A stretch of 64,000 nt of DNA from an uncultured candidate division Zixibacteria bacterium (GTDB lineage: Bacteria; Zixibacteria; MSB-5A5; UBA10806): positions 7,694-71,693 of the forward strand of contig CAWDFP010000009.1 in assembly GCA_963801605.1 (NCBI GenBank), in the 5' to 3' direction. Position numbers and translations under genes: made by a program. The notes beneath the pieces were generated by a model. That model was not told the DNA's origin, ran no database searches, and saw only the letters and a program-made list of their open reading frames with translations. Of this stretch, positions 26,121 through 37,410 are shown one piece after another. Each line of letters starts with the position of its first letter. Positions within the stretch are counted from its first letter, which is position 1.

Positions 26121-27250
26121 CAGCGCTAATGAGTCAGACATCCTGAAAAGGTGCTGTTTTTCGCGGCTATTTCGCTGATGCTGGTCGGGATTGTGGTTAT
26201 CTATTCGGCCTCGGGACCATATTGCCAGTTTCTCACTCCTCCCCGTCCTACCTGGCATTATCTGATACGTCAAGCTTCTGGGCGGCCGTGGCGCTAATTG
26301 CTATGTTTTTCATGTACCGTCTCAATTATCATGTTATAGTCAAATTGTCTCCAATATTTCTGGTGCTTTCGATAGTGGGGCTGGCGGCAGTGTTGATAGT
26401 CTTCCAAAGGTGAAATCAAGCGATGGATTTATATCGCCGGGTTCACCTTCCAGCCATCGGAATTTTTTAAGATTGCCTATGTCGCCTTTATGGCAAAGAT
26501 GGCGGCAAAAAATGCGCACCGAGCGAGTTCAGCTATAAAAAATACGCTACAGTTCTAATCGCAATGGTTTAGGTGCGGCATTCATTATCAAGGAACCAGA
26601 TCTCGGCGACAACTGCTTGGTTGTCTGCTGGCCGTGGCATTACTCTTTTTGGCGGGTTTCCCCAAAAAGGTAATTGTTATCACCAGTCTATCATTGCGGT
26701 TGGTTGCCTGTATTCCTCGTTTTCGGTCTAAAATATGAGATTGATCGCATTGATCAATATGCCGTTACCCTTACAGACCCATTTAATCCCGGTGCCAGCT
26801 ACCAGACTCGTCAGGCGCTGGTTAGCTCTTGGCTCGGGTGGAGTTTTTGGTAAAGGTCTCGGAAATGGCGGGCAGAAGCATCTCTTTTTACCAGCCCGTC
26901 ATACCGATTTTATTCTGGCAGCTGCCGCCGAGGAGGGTGGATTCCTGATTGTTACAGGTATTCTGGCACTTTTCTGTCTCATGGGATGGTCCGGTTATCG
27001 AATTGCCAAGTCGGCCATGGATATCGAGGGTCAATTTTTCGCCTGGGGTATCATGCTCTTTCTTATCCTTCAGGCGACTGTAAATATCGGGGTAGCTATG
27101 GGAGTTTTTCCCATTACCGGGATAACGCTGCCCTTTTTAAGCTACGGCGGTTCATCATTATTGGTATGCTCTGTAGGCGTAGGCATGATCGCTTCAGTCG
27201 CCAGGCAGTCCAAATCGCCGCAGCATTATTTCCTGCGCTCCAAGAGATGA
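26117..27250 (+). CDS. ftsW: SEDS peptidoglycan polymerase FtsW, heavily frameshifted
   Basis: IYSAS, RW...FQPSEFFK, EPDLG, GSGGVFGKG, HTDFI...EEGG, GITLPFLSYGGSS. Confidence 0.9.
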
Positions 27251-28366
27251 ATGGGCGAGGGGAAGCGACATAGGGTCCTCTTTGCGGGAGGAGGCACGGG
27301 CGGACATCTGATGCCGGCAATTAATATTGCGCTGGCATTGAGAGAACTCGATATGGAAATTGGCTTACTCTTTGTCGGTAAAAAAGATGGCATGGAAAAG
27401 GCCATTGTTACGCGCTTCGGTTTTCCTATCAGTGAAATCGAAGTTACTCCTATGAAGCGGAGTCTCAAAGGAATTCTTAATTTTGTTTGGAATTGGAATA
27501 AGGGATTGAAACAGGCTACGAGTACAATCAATGAATTTGCTCCCCAGGTTGTAGTCGGGACAGGCGGCTATGTTTCCGCGCCTGTAGTGCGCATGGCGCA
27601 TAAGATGAAAATCCCGATTTTTATGCAGGAGCAAAACAGCCTGCCTGGTCTGGCCTCCAGAACTCTGGGCCAGATGGCGGAAGCTATATTTATCGCCTAC
27701 GAGGGAGCGACTAAGATATCTGCCATCGCAGAAATGTCGTCTCGTGGGAAATCCTGTTCGTCCCGATCTCCTGAATTCCAATCGCGAGATTGCCATCACC
27801 GAATTCTCGCTCGATAACTCCCGAAAAACTTTACTTGTATTGGGCGGAAGCTCGGGCGCACGCGGTATTAATAATGCCATTACAGAGATAGTAAAGTTGA
27901 GCATGATTCCTGAAGAATTGGCAAATTTTATGGCAGGTTGGGCAAAAAGATTTTTCCGAGGTAGCTGCCGCTATTCCGGATAAATTTCGCGGTAAATATT
28001 TACCGTTTATTCATAATATGCCAGCCGCTTACGCCGCCGCTGACTTGATAATTTCTCGCGCCGGTGCTATGGCATTGGCCGAGATAGCGGTCTGGGGATT
28101 GCCTGCGATACTGATTCCCTATCCGCATGCAACAGGTGATCATCAGACTCTGAATGCCAGGGAATTTGCGGAAAGCGGCGCTGCTATAGTTATTCCCGAA
28201 GGCGCAATACCAGACGAGGCTCGCGAAGACCCTATCTGATTTGATGAAGGATACGGAAAGACGAAATGTCATGGCCAAGGCGGCCCAAATGCTGGCCAGG
28301 CCCGATGCCGCCAATAAAATTGCTAAAGTAATTTTGGAAAAAATAAATGAAGTTCAAAAGAATTAA
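27251..28366 (+). CDS. murG: Lipid I GlcNAc transferase, frameshifted
   Basis: [48 protein letters not shown]. Confidence 0.95.
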
Positions 28367-29720
28367 AAGCCTTCATCTCATTGGAATCGGGGGTACCGGC
28401 ATGTGTGGAATCGCGGAGGTTCTGCATAATGCCGGATATAAGAGTTTCCGGTTCCGATATGAAGAAAACCGAGACCACCGAATTTCTCGAGAATCTCGGA
28501 ATCGATATTAAGTACTCGCATGAAGGCTCGAATGTAGGCGCCGTTGACGTTGTCGTCATATCATCGGCCGTGGCGATGACAATCCCGAGGTTATCGAGGC
28601 AAAGATTCAAAAGATACCGGTTATCCGACGCGCCGAAATGCTGGCCGAACTGATGAGGATGAAATTCTCGATCGCGATCGCGGGTACTCATGGCAAGACG
28701 ACCACCACCTCGCTGGTAGGGCATATCTTCGCGAAGGCGGCCTCGATCCTACCGTAATTGTTGGCGGCAGGGTTCTTGGTGTCGGGTCTAATGCATATAT
28801 CGGCAAAGGAGATTACCTGGTAGCCGAGGCCGATGAGTTCGATCGTTCGATAACCCGGTTTTATCCTATAATGGCGATTATCACCAATATCGAAGCCGAG
28901 CACATGGAATGTTATCGCGATCTCGATGACCTTTATGATTGCTTTACCGAGTTTGCCAATCGCGTACCATTCTTTGGAACTGTTATTCTATGTGCCGATG
29001 ATCCCGGCGTCCTCAAGATTGAGCCGCGTATTACGCGACCCCAAAATCACATATGGTCTGGGAACTCAGGCCGATTTCAGGGCCACTGATATTTCATTTG
29101 AAAACGGAAATATTAATTTTACGCTCCTTTTCAGAGGCAACGAAATCGGAAAGGTGTCATCACCTCTTCTTGGATATCATAATGTAAGAAATATCCTGGC
29201 TTGCATGGCTGTGGCTTACGATCTTGAAATTCCTTTCGATTGCGCTATTAAGGCAGTCAAGAATTTCACGGGAGTCGAACGCCGTCTGGAGTTAGCCGGT
29301 GCAGTCGGTGATATTCGTTTCTACGATGACTACGGTCATCATCCAACCGAGATAAAATCCACTTTGCAGGGTCTTCGGGCTATCTACAACGGCCGAATCG
29401 TGGCGGTTTTACAGCCCCATCTATATAGCCGCACTGTCAGATTTCTCAAGGAATTTGGCGAAGCCTTTTTCGATGCCGACCAATTGGTTGTACTCGATGT
29501 TTTCCCGTCGCGCGAAAAGCCGATTGCGGGTGTTTCGGGAAAATTGATTGTGGATTCAGCCCGAAAACAAGGGCACCAGAATGTCAGCTATGTCGAGGAT
29601 AAAACTACATTGCCGGATGTCATGAAAGAAATACTCAAGCCGGGCGATCTCGTTGTCCTGTTTGGCGCCGGCGATATTAACAGGTGGACACAAAAAATCA
29701 TAGCGAGATTGAAAGAATAA
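28347..29720 (+). CDS. murC: UDP-MurNAc--L-alanine ligase, frameshifted
   Basis: [62 protein letters not shown]. Confidence 0.95.
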
Positions 29721-30445
29721 TGTTGAAAAATTTCGCAAAGCTGGTACTATTGATTCTCGCAGTGGCGGGCGGACGTCTGGCCTATGAAAAAGGTCTCGAT
29801 ATTCCGCCATTCGCGTTGAGCAAAATAGTAGTTACGGGCAATTGGAAAGCAACCGAGGCATCGGTATTGGCGATTACAGGACTTGAAAAAGGAAAATCGA
29901 TTTACAAACAGGATCTTGATTTCGCCGCCAATAATATCATGAAGCAGCCTGGCGTGGTAGAATGCACGATAGAGCGCAAACCGCTTTCCACGGTCGCTAT
30001 CCATGTCGATGTTGCCGAACCAGCTCTGCTCGTCAATAGCGGAGAGCTTAACACTATTTCGCGCGAAGGCATGGTACTTCCCATGAGCGCCGAGATGCCG
30101 ATCTTGCCGCTGGTCTCGGGCTATAAATTTTCATCAGTCAAATGCTACGAGCACATAAGCGATCCTGATATCGCCTACGCGCTTGAAGCCTACGATGCCC
30201 TGTTGGCCGCGTCGCCGAATCTCTGCTCGCGTCTCTCAGAGATCAGCTTCAGGGGCGATGACGCTGTCAGGCTTTTCTTTTCGCCTGCCGGTACCCAGGT
30301 ACTTATTACAAAGCAGGATATTAAAAACAGCATTAAGAGACTGGCTGTTCTCGATCAAAAGGGTATGACTCAGGATACGGCAGTCTTCGATCTCCGGTTC
30401 GGTCCGGTGATGATAGAATCTTCTGTTGGTGAGGCAATATTGTGA
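29720..30445 (+). CDS. ftsQ: Cell division protein FtsQ/DivIB
   Basis: One TM helix, POTRA-like segment, C-terminal FDLRF; lies between murC and ftsA. Confidence 0.8.
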   Translation: MLKNFAKLVLLILAVAGGRLAYEKGLDIPPFALSKIVVTGNWKATEASVLAITGLEKGKSIYKQDLDFAANNIMKQPGVVECTIERKPLSTVAIHVDVAEPALLVNSGELNTISREGMVLPMSAEMPILPLVSGYKFSSVKCYEHISDPDIAYALEAYDALLAASPNLCSRLSEISFRGDDAVRLFFSPAGTQVLITKQDIKNSIKRLAVLDQKGMTQDTAVFDLRFGPVMIESSVGEAIL

Positions 30446-31671
30446 GGAATAACGGAATCATAACCGGTCTCGATATCGGTACATCGAAAATAGGAGTAAT
30501 TGTTGCGGAGATTACCGATTCCGGATCGTTTAAGATTCTGGGAATCGGTCAAGCGCCGTCGGAGGGTCTTAAAAAAGGGGTCGTAGTTAATCTCGAGAAA
30601 ACTGTCGATTCTATCAGGATGGCGCTCGATGACGCCGAGTCTGTATCAGGTCAGAAAATCGAATCCGCCTATATTGGGATTTCCGGCGAGCATATTAAAA
30701 GTATCAACAGCCGCGGCGTTGTGGCAATCGGCAAATCAGGCGCCGAAATTATCGCAGCCGATGTCGACCGCGCGCTCGAGGCCGCCAAAGATATCACGAT
30801 CCCGGCAGATCGCGAGATCATTCATATCCTGCCACAGACATATACTGTCGATGAACAGAGCGGGATTAAAGACCCGATAGGCTTTACCGGATCGCGTCTG
30901 GAGGTCGATGTTCACGTCGTCACCGGTTCAGTCAGCGCCGTGCAGAATATTTTAAAGTGTATCGATAAATGCAGTATCCAGATCGATGAACTGGTGCTCC
31001 AGGCGCTGGCCTCGAGTTATGCCGTAGTTACGCGTGATGAGATGGAGCTTGGCTGTGTCGTCATCGATATGGGCGGCTTATCGACGGACCTGACCGTTTT
31101 CCACGAAGGCGCGGTTCGTCATACGGCGGTCGTCAGTCTCGGTGGCAAAAATGTCACGAGCGATCTGGCGATAGGCTTACGCACGCCGCAGGATCAGGCC
31201 GAGGTCATCAAATGCAAATATGGCTCGGCATTAGCCTCGCTGGTCGATCCGGGTGAAATGGTGACCGTGCCCGGTGTTGCGGGACGCGAATCCAAAGAAG
31301 TCTCCAAATCGGTGTTGGCATCGATAATCGAGCCGCGTATGGAGGAAATTTATTCTCTGGTGGCGCGCGAAATGAAAAAAGGACATTTCGCGGGTACGCT
31401 CGCGGCCGGTGTCATTCTCACGGGAGGCGCCTCGCAGATTCATGGCGCGGCCGAGCTCGCAGAGCAGATTTTCGATCTGCCGGTGAAACTCGGGACGCCG
31501 TTTAACTTTGAAAATTATTCCGATATCAATCCCGGCCCAGCCAATGCGACTGGCGTGGGACTGATTCATTTTTCGCTATTATCTCGCCCCGAAACAGGAT
31601 CGAAACTAAAAGGGAAGGGGCTTACAAGAACAGTTGAGAAATTTAAAAGGTGGCTTAACGAATATTTCTAA
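30442..31671 (+). CDS. ftsA: Cell division protein FtsA
   Basis: Intact; GLDIGTSKI, GLKKGVVVN, DMGG, IIEPRMEEI, LTGGAS, amphipathic C-terminal helix. Confidence 0.97.
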   Translation: MRNNGIITGLDIGTSKIGVIVAEITDSGSFKILGIGQAPSEGLKKGVVVNLEKTVDSIRMALDDAESVSGQKIESAYIGISGEHIKSINSRGVVAIGKSGAEIIAADVDRALEAAKDITIPADREIIHILPQTYTVDEQSGIKDPIGFTGSRLEVDVHVVTGSVSAVQNILKCIDKCSIQIDELVLQALASSYAVVTRDEMELGCVVIDMGGLSTDLTVFHEGAVRHTAVVSLGGKNVTSDLAIGLRTPQDQAEVIKCKYGSALASLVDPGEMVTVPGVAGRESKEVSKSVLASIIEPRMEEIYSLVAREMKKGHFAGTLAAGVILTGGASQIHGAAELAEQIFDLPVKLGTPFNFENYSDINPGPANATGVGLIHFSLLSRPETGSKLKGKGLTRTVEKFKRWLNEYF

Positions 31672-31713
31672 GATTTCCGGCCTTTCGCTGGAGGGGAAAA
31701 AGGAAGGAGCACT

Positions 31714-32866
31714 ATGGTCTTTGAATACGATTTCAATGACGGTACCAGATCGAAGATGAAAGTAGTTGGGGTTGGAGGAGCCGGCGGTAACGCAATCAAC
31801 CGCATGGTCAATTCCGGCTTCTCTGGTGTCGAGTTTATATCTATTAACACCGATGCTCAGGCTCTGGAGCATTCACGCGCAGATATTAAGATTCAAATTG
31901 GAAGAAAGCTGACCCGTGGCCTCGGAGCCGGCGCCGATCCCGAAGTCGGACGTAAAGCTTTCGAGGAAGACCCCAGCTTAATCGAAGAGGCGTTAGGCGA
32001 GGCCAATATCGTCTTCATTACCTGCGGTATGGGCGGCGGCACTGGAACCGGGGCGTCGCCAATGGTTGCCAAGATGGCCAAAGAGATGGGAGCCCTGACA
32101 GTTGGTATCGTAACCAAGCCGTTCTTGTTCGAGGGTCACCGTAGAATAGCGCAAGCCAATGTTGGGATACGCTCCATCAAGGAATCTGTCGATACGCTGA
32201 TAATTATCCCCAATCAACGCCTCTTGTCGGTTGTGGATAAAAATACTTTGTTGACTGATTCTTTCATGAAAGCCGATGAAGTCCTGCTTGCGGCTACCAA
32301 AGGAATTTCAGATCTCATCACCGTGCCGGGACTGGTAAACGTTGATTTCGCCGATGTTAGGACTATCATGCTAAACGCCGGCGAGGCTCTTATGGGCACC
32401 GGTATCGCTACGGGCGAAAACGCGGGAGAGATAGCCGCCAAGATGGCATTGCATTCTCCTATGCTCGAGGAAATTACTATCGAGGGCGCACGCGGAGTGC
32501 TCATCAATATTACCGGCGGCAACGATATGACAATCGAGGATATCCAGATGGCTACCGAGACTGTTTATGAGGCTGCTGGAAGTCAGGCCAACATCATCTT
32601 CGGCGCTGTTATCGATGAGGTCATGGCCAACAAGCTGTTTGTGACAGTTATCGCGGCCGGATTCGATAAAAGGGCAGAGGACGTCATCGAGGTAGTCGAG
32701 GATGTCGATTTATTCGGCGAGCGAGCGGTTCTTACAAAAGGCAAAAAACTTCGTCCCAAACGTCAGATTCTGGAAAAGGTAATTGCCGATAATTATGTTC
32801 CGGGTGATATTGAAAATCCCGACCTTTATTCGCAATCAGGCTGAAGCGACGATTCAGCAAAATTAA
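31714..32866 (+). CDS. ftsZ: Cell division protein FtsZ (one extra base near the 3' end)
   Basis: [27 protein letters not shown]; removing one A near 32815 restores the conserved tail [11 protein letters not shown]...* ending at 32866. Confidence 0.97.
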
Positions 32867-32883
32867 CATATACGCATCCAGCG

Positions 32884-32914
32884 GCAGGCAGGGACTCAGT
32901 GAGTCCCTGTTTGT
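32884..32914. terminator. Terminator between convergent ftsZ and ompA-like gene
   Basis: GCAGGCAGGGACTC-AGT-GAGTCCCTGTTTGT stem-loop. Confidence 0.75.
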
Positions 32915-32934
32915 GTTAGTAGAATTTGCGAGGC

Positions 32935-34455
32935 TTACTCAGTGCCCACCGAAATAATCTCCACTCGCCTGTTTTTCTGACGGCCCTCCGGTGTCTTGTT
33001 ATCGGCAATAGAAAATTCCGGATCTTCACCGAAACCCTCGGCTTTCATCCGCGACGGGTCGATCCCCTTGGATTTCAGATAGGCCATCACGGCATCTGCC
33101 CGTTTCTGCGATAGCTCTTTGTTTGCTTCATTCGTGCCGACATCGTCAGTAAATCCGCCTATTTCAATTTTCATGGCGATATAAGCTGACATAGTCTGAA
33201 CCAGTTCATTGAGAATTTTCTTCGAAGCCGCGTCCGGCTCGTAGGAACCTGACTTGTATATGATATTAAGAGTAATCTTTTTCGATGGCGGCTTTACATC
33301 GACCGGGCAGCCGACGCTATCAACCTTGACTCCCGGCGGAGTCGTGGGGCACTTATCTATGCCATCGTAAACGCCATCACCATCGCTATCAATCCCTACA
33401 CCATTCTCGTCGACTTGGGCCCCCTTAGGAGTATTCGGTTCCTTATCTTTGAAATCGGGGACTCCATCGCCGTCGCTATCGAGCGGGCACCCGAGCTTAT
33501 CGACCGTGACCCCCTTGGGAGTGTTGGGGCATTTATCTATGCCGTCATATACCCCATCCTGATCCGAATCGAGCGGGCAGCCGGTGATATCTACCAGCGC
33601 GCCTTTTGGCGTATCGGGGCAAAGATCGAGACCGTCGAAAACGCCATCGCCGTCAAAATCAAGCGGACAGCCATATTTGTCCACCAGCGCGCCCAATGGC
33701 GTATTATCGCAAACATCGAATTTGTCTTTGACTCCGTCGTGATCAGCATCGGAACTGACACCGAAAAAGTATGTCAGGCCGATTGTCGGCTCAAAATACT
33801 TTGTAAAAGGTCGATCTTTCCATTCCGATGCTTTCCCATAGATTAGCGGACTGCTAGAAGTACTTAGATTCTTAATTCCCCAATTATATCTTCCCTGGAG
33901 GTCGAGTGTCAGACAATTACTTATCCAATAGTTTACTCCCAAGCCGAGCTTGAAATTAAGGTCTCGGAAACTGTATTCGTCACCTTTTATAGCGCTTCCA
34001 TATTGAGGTAGCGTTTCCAGAACTTTCATCTTCCAGAAATCAAGCCCAACTCCGAATAGAACATAAGGCTGTGTCTTTTGCGATTGCCTGAAATAGTATT
34101 GGCCCGTGAAGCTTGATAGTATTCCCGTTAATTTCGTATAAGCATTATCCTTGCTGCGGAATTTAAATGACTTACTGCCGCTTCCGCTGGTATCGTCGTA
34201 TGAGGTGGTTATCCCCAATGTAAAATCGAGAGCAAAGCTTTTGGTTACACCCCGCTTAATGTCTACCACTCCGTTTAATCCCATCATAAACGGCTCATCG
34301 ACTCCAAATGCTCTATAATTATTGCCGGGGCCAAGCGGAATGAAGAATGGTCCTCGGATTCCGACCGCGTACTTATTGGCCCAATCGGCCGCCCAGGCTG
34401 AGCCGGAAATTAGTATCAACATTATCAATATTCCTGATATCATGCAGCTTTTCAC
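32935..34455 (-). CDS. OmpA-family outer membrane protein: beta-barrel, thrombospondin type 3 repeats, OmpA_C domain
   Basis: Signal peptide, barrel ending TYFF, five D.D.DGV.D..D.(C/E)P.TP.G..VD..G(C/V) repeats, GFTDDVG..N..LSQKRA..V, NRRVEI; AAAGGAG RBS before GTG. Confidence 0.92.
   Translation of the reverse strand: MKSCMISGILIMLILISGSAWAADWANKYAVGIRGPFFIPLGPGNNYRAFGVDEPFMMGLNGVVDIKRGVTKSFALDFTLGITTSYDDTSGSGSKSFKFRSKDNAYTKLTGILSSFTGQYYFRQSQKTQPYVLFGVGLDFWKMKVLETLPQYGSAIKGDEYSFRDLNFKLGLGVNYWISNCLTLDLQGRYNWGIKNLSTSSSPLIYGKASEWKDRPFTKYFEPTIGLTYFFGVSSDADHDGVKDKFDVCDNTPLGALVDKYGCPLDFDGDGVFDGLDLCPDTPKGALVDITGCPLDSDQDGVYDGIDKCPNTPKGVTVDKLGCPLDSDGDGVPDFKDKEPNTPKGAQVDENGVGIDSDGDGVYDGIDKCPTTPPGVKVDSVGCPVDVKPPSKKITLNIIYKSGSYEPDAASKKILNELVQTMSAYIAMKIEIGGFTDDVGTNEANKELSQKRADAVMAYLKSKGIDPSRMKAEGFGEDPEFSIADNKTPEGRQKNRRVEIISVGTE
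33300..33752 (-). repeat. Five tandem ~29-aa TSP3 Ca-binding repeats inside the OmpA gene
   Basis: DADHDGVKDKFDVC, DFDGDGVFDGLDLC, DSDQDGVYDGIDKC, DSDGDGVPDFKDKE, DSDGDGVYDGIDKC. Confidence 0.85.
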
Positions 34456-34505
34456 TGGAAACTCCTTTTATACGGTATTTTCATGAGCTTTTATACGAAA
34501 GTAAA

Positions 34506-35282
34506 TTATTCCCGTTTCCTGAAGTTTTCTTCAAATGCGGCAATATCCTGCTGGTATCTCCTGGTAATTTCCGCCAATATCGAATTGGTAAATACCTCGG
34601 GCTGTGGGTTTTTAATAAGTTCTACCATCACGCGTGCCACATCTTCTGCCGTTTGAGGTTGAGCCAACCTTATCCCTGCCGGCATTTGAAGCGTTCCGCC
34701 CAGGGCGTTCTTTGAAAAATCAGTCATCACGGGTCCCGGCATGAGAGTTGATATCTTGATATCGGGATAATCGGTCGCCAAGTCCATTCGCAGATTCGAT
34801 GTCATGCTATTCAATGCCGCTTTCGAGGCGCTGTAAATCGATCTAAATGTCACGAATGGCACCTTACCCAGGAATGATGAGACATTGATCAGGTGCCCCT
34901 TCTTGCGTTCCTGAAAATAGGGGATAATTACTTGCATGCCATATAATGCCGATTTGAGATTAACAGTGATTATCTCATCGAATTCCGAATCGCTTAATTC
35001 CAGTACGCTGCGCCCGATACCTCGTCCGGCATTGTTAACCCAGACATCGATTACGCCGAATCTTTCGAGCGCTTTCGTTTTCAGGTTTTCGATATCAGCG
35101 CGTCTGGTGACATCGCAAACAATCGCTAACGCGTCATTTCCCAGACTCTTAACAATACTTTGGAGTTCAGGACCCCGTCTGGCCGCCAAAACCAGTTTAT
35201 GCCCCTCGGCTGAGAGCTGCCTTGCCGACTCCGCTCCAATTCCGGAACTGGCTCCCGTGATGATAATTACTTTGGTTTCCAT
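34506..35282 (-). CDS. Short-chain dehydrogenase/reductase
   Basis: TGASSGIG, NNAG, YSASK; start taken at METKV after GAGGG. Confidence 0.92.
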   Translation of the reverse strand: METKVIIITGASSGIGAESARQLSAEGHKLVLAARRGPELQSIVKSLGNDALAIVCDVTRRADIENLKTKALERFGVIDVWVNNAGRGIGRSVLELSDSEFDEIITVNLKSALYGMQVIIPYFQERKKGHLINVSSFLGKVPFVTFRSIYSASKAALNSMTSNLRMDLATDYPDIKISTLMPGPVMTDFSKNALGGTLQMPAGIRLAQPQTAEDVARVMVELIKNPQPEVFTNSILAEITRRYQQDIAAFEENFRKRE

Positions 35283-35382
35283 ATTTCCCTCTGATTGCTT
35301 AGCAATAAAATATTTCGAGCGATGGCGCAATAATGCAATTAGACTTAATTAAGAATACAGCGTTGATGATTGTGATTTCAAG

Positions 35383-35417
35383 AAAAAACCGCGGCCGGAA
35401 ATAACCAGGCCGCAGTT
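35383..35417 (-). terminator. Terminator after pntB
   Basis: Minus strand ACTGCGGCCTGG...CCGGCCGCGGTTTTTT. Confidence 0.65.
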
Positions 35418-35424
35418 TGGCTTT

Positions 35425-36831
35425 TTACTGCCCGGCGCCGGTAAGTTGCTTGACCAGATCGCCGACAACAGCCTTAGCATCCCCAAACAGCATAAAGGTG
35501 TTGTTGTTGAAATAAAGCTCGTTATCGATACCGGCAAAACCGGGATTCTTGCTCCGTTTGATTGCCAGGACCATCTTGGCCTTATCGGCATCGATAATCG
35601 GCATGCCGTAAATAGGAGTCGATTTATCGGTGCGAGCAGCGGGGTTTACGACATCATTGGCGCCTATTACCAACGCCACATCGCATTCCGGCATATCAGG
35701 ATTAATATCATCCATCTCGGCCAGATCGGCATAGGGGATATCGGCTTCGGCCAGAAGCACATTCATATGGCCGGGCATTCTCCCCGCCACCGGGTGAATG
35801 GCAAATTTAACTTTGATACCACGTTTGGTGAGTTGGTCGTATAGCTCGCGCACCCGATGTTGCGCCTGTGCTACCGCCATTCCATATCCGGGAATTATCA
35901 CTACAAAATTGGCCTGCTCCAAATATTTGCGCGGCCCCCTCGATACTCTCCTGTTTATAAACCTTCTCCTCGCCAGTTGCCTTTGCCGCCTGTACTTTTC
36001 CAAATGCCCCGAAAAGAACATTGGCGAACGAACGATTCATGGCTTTGCACATGATGATTGAGAGTATCAAACCGCTGGAACCATCGAGAGCGCCGGCTAC
36101 AATCAGTAGCTTATTATCGAGCACAAATCCCATCGCGACCGCCGAAAGTCCGGCATAGGAATTCAGGATCGAGATCACAGTCGGCATATCGGCCCCGCCA
36201 ATCGGAATAATGAAGAGCACGCCGAAAACAAGCGCCAATCCTACAATAGTCAGGAATATCGCCGCCGACCAGGGCGCGGCCGGGTTGACTATCAGTACAA
36301 TACCCAATGTCGCCGCCACTACCAGCAGACCGATATTAATCACATTCTGCAGAGGATAAGTCACTGGCCTTTGGGGAATCCACTTGACCTCTTGGCAGCT
36401 TTCCGGCCGCTAAAAGGCTGCCGGTGAAGGTCAGGAATCCGAGAATGATCTCGGCTATAATAGCTATCATCCGAAATGGCGTAAGATTTTCGGGACCCTC
36501 GCCCAGCCAGAGGAAATACTTGGCCGTGCCTACCAAGACCCGCCGCGATACCACCGAACGCGTGGGAAAGCGCTGTCCGTTGCGGCACCGCTGTTAACGG
36601 TACCCGCGAGAGCGGTACACCCACTACGAACCCGGCGGCTATGGCCAGAATTATCCAGCCGTGATGTATTATCAGGGGCTGGAACCAGGTTGCCAGAACG
36701 GCTATCAACATCGCGCCGACACCCGCGAATACTCCTCGACGGGCTGTCTTGGGATCGTTCATCCAGTGGAGCGAGAAGATGAACAGTATCGATGAAAGGA
36801 GATACGAGATTTGTTCTATACTGTATATCAT
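35425..36831 (-). CDS. pntB: NAD(P) transhydrogenase beta subunit, frameshifted
   Basis: VPQRTALSHAFGG, LTFTGS, IGGADMP, NSYAG, MCKAMNRS, PGYGMAVAQAQH, IHPVAGRMPGHMNVLLAEA, GANDVVNP, FGDAK. Confidence 0.95.
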
Positions 36832-37277
36832 TGTTTCTTGAACATTTTAAGCATTCTATCGGTTATCAGAAAACCGCTCACGATATTCGTCATCGAGGCG
36901 AACAGAGCGATTCCTCCAAGCAGTCGGACATAGGGGGGATAGTCGGAGCCTGTTACGACAATCGAACCAACCACGGCAATCGCCGATATGGCGTTGGTTA
37001 GGGACATCAGGGGGGTATGCAGCAGCCGCGACACCCGACGGATAACCCCCAATCCTATAAATGTCGCCAGCGCCAGCACGAACAGCATCGACCAGTAATC
37101 TACCGGTTGCGCCGTGTGAGCCACCGGCTGGACAGCGTGAACTGCCGTTTGCGCGGAATCCGCGAACGGTTCGGCTACCGGATTCGCGAGAGCCGCGCTG
37201 GCTAACACCAGTACGGATACCAGGACAATTCTAATCAGGCGCCAGTCCCGTCTACGCGGGATTTCTGGAGGCATCAA
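36828..37277 (-). CDS. pntA: NAD(P) transhydrogenase alpha subunit part 2 (membrane) with N-terminal signal-like extension
   Basis: LHTPLMSLTNAIS and NIVSGFLITDRMLKMF; AAAGGAG RBS; ~55 extra N-terminal residues. Confidence 0.9.
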   Translation of the reverse strand: MMPPEIPRRRDWRLIRIVLVSVLVLASAALANPVAEPFADSAQTAVHAVQPVAHTAQPVDYWSMLFVLALATFIGLGVIRRVSRLLHTPLMSLTNAISAIAVVGSIVVTGSDYPPYVRLLGGIALFASMTNIVSGFLITDRMLKMFKKQ

Positions 37278-37362
37278 ATGCTCCTTTCAATAAAATTTCA
37301 ATAAAGCCCCAAACATTTCAAAAACTCCAGATTAGGGGCGGATTGTTCCGGGGGGAAAATCC

Positions 37363-37409
37363 TTGACAGTAGCCCGCTGGGGTGTTACTTTTTTTCAAGG
37401 AGGTAACAT
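37363..37409 (+). promoter_or_regulatory. nikR promoter with NikR operator
   Basis: TTGACA(37363)-17-TACTTT(37386); palindrome GTGTTA-N16-TAACAT (37382-37409) covering the -10 box and AGGAGG RBS. Confidence 0.75.
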
Positions 37410-37410
37410 T

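Noticed and set aside
32232-32240. Second perfect DnaA box
   Set aside because: Inside the ftsZ coding sequence (VVDK codons), isolated and compatible with chance; no box cluster suggesting oriC
33300-33752. ~87-bp periodic repeats as a CRISPR or non-coding array
   Set aside because: In-frame degenerate TSP3 protein repeats inside ompA; no identical repeats with unique spacers and no cas genes anywhere in the window
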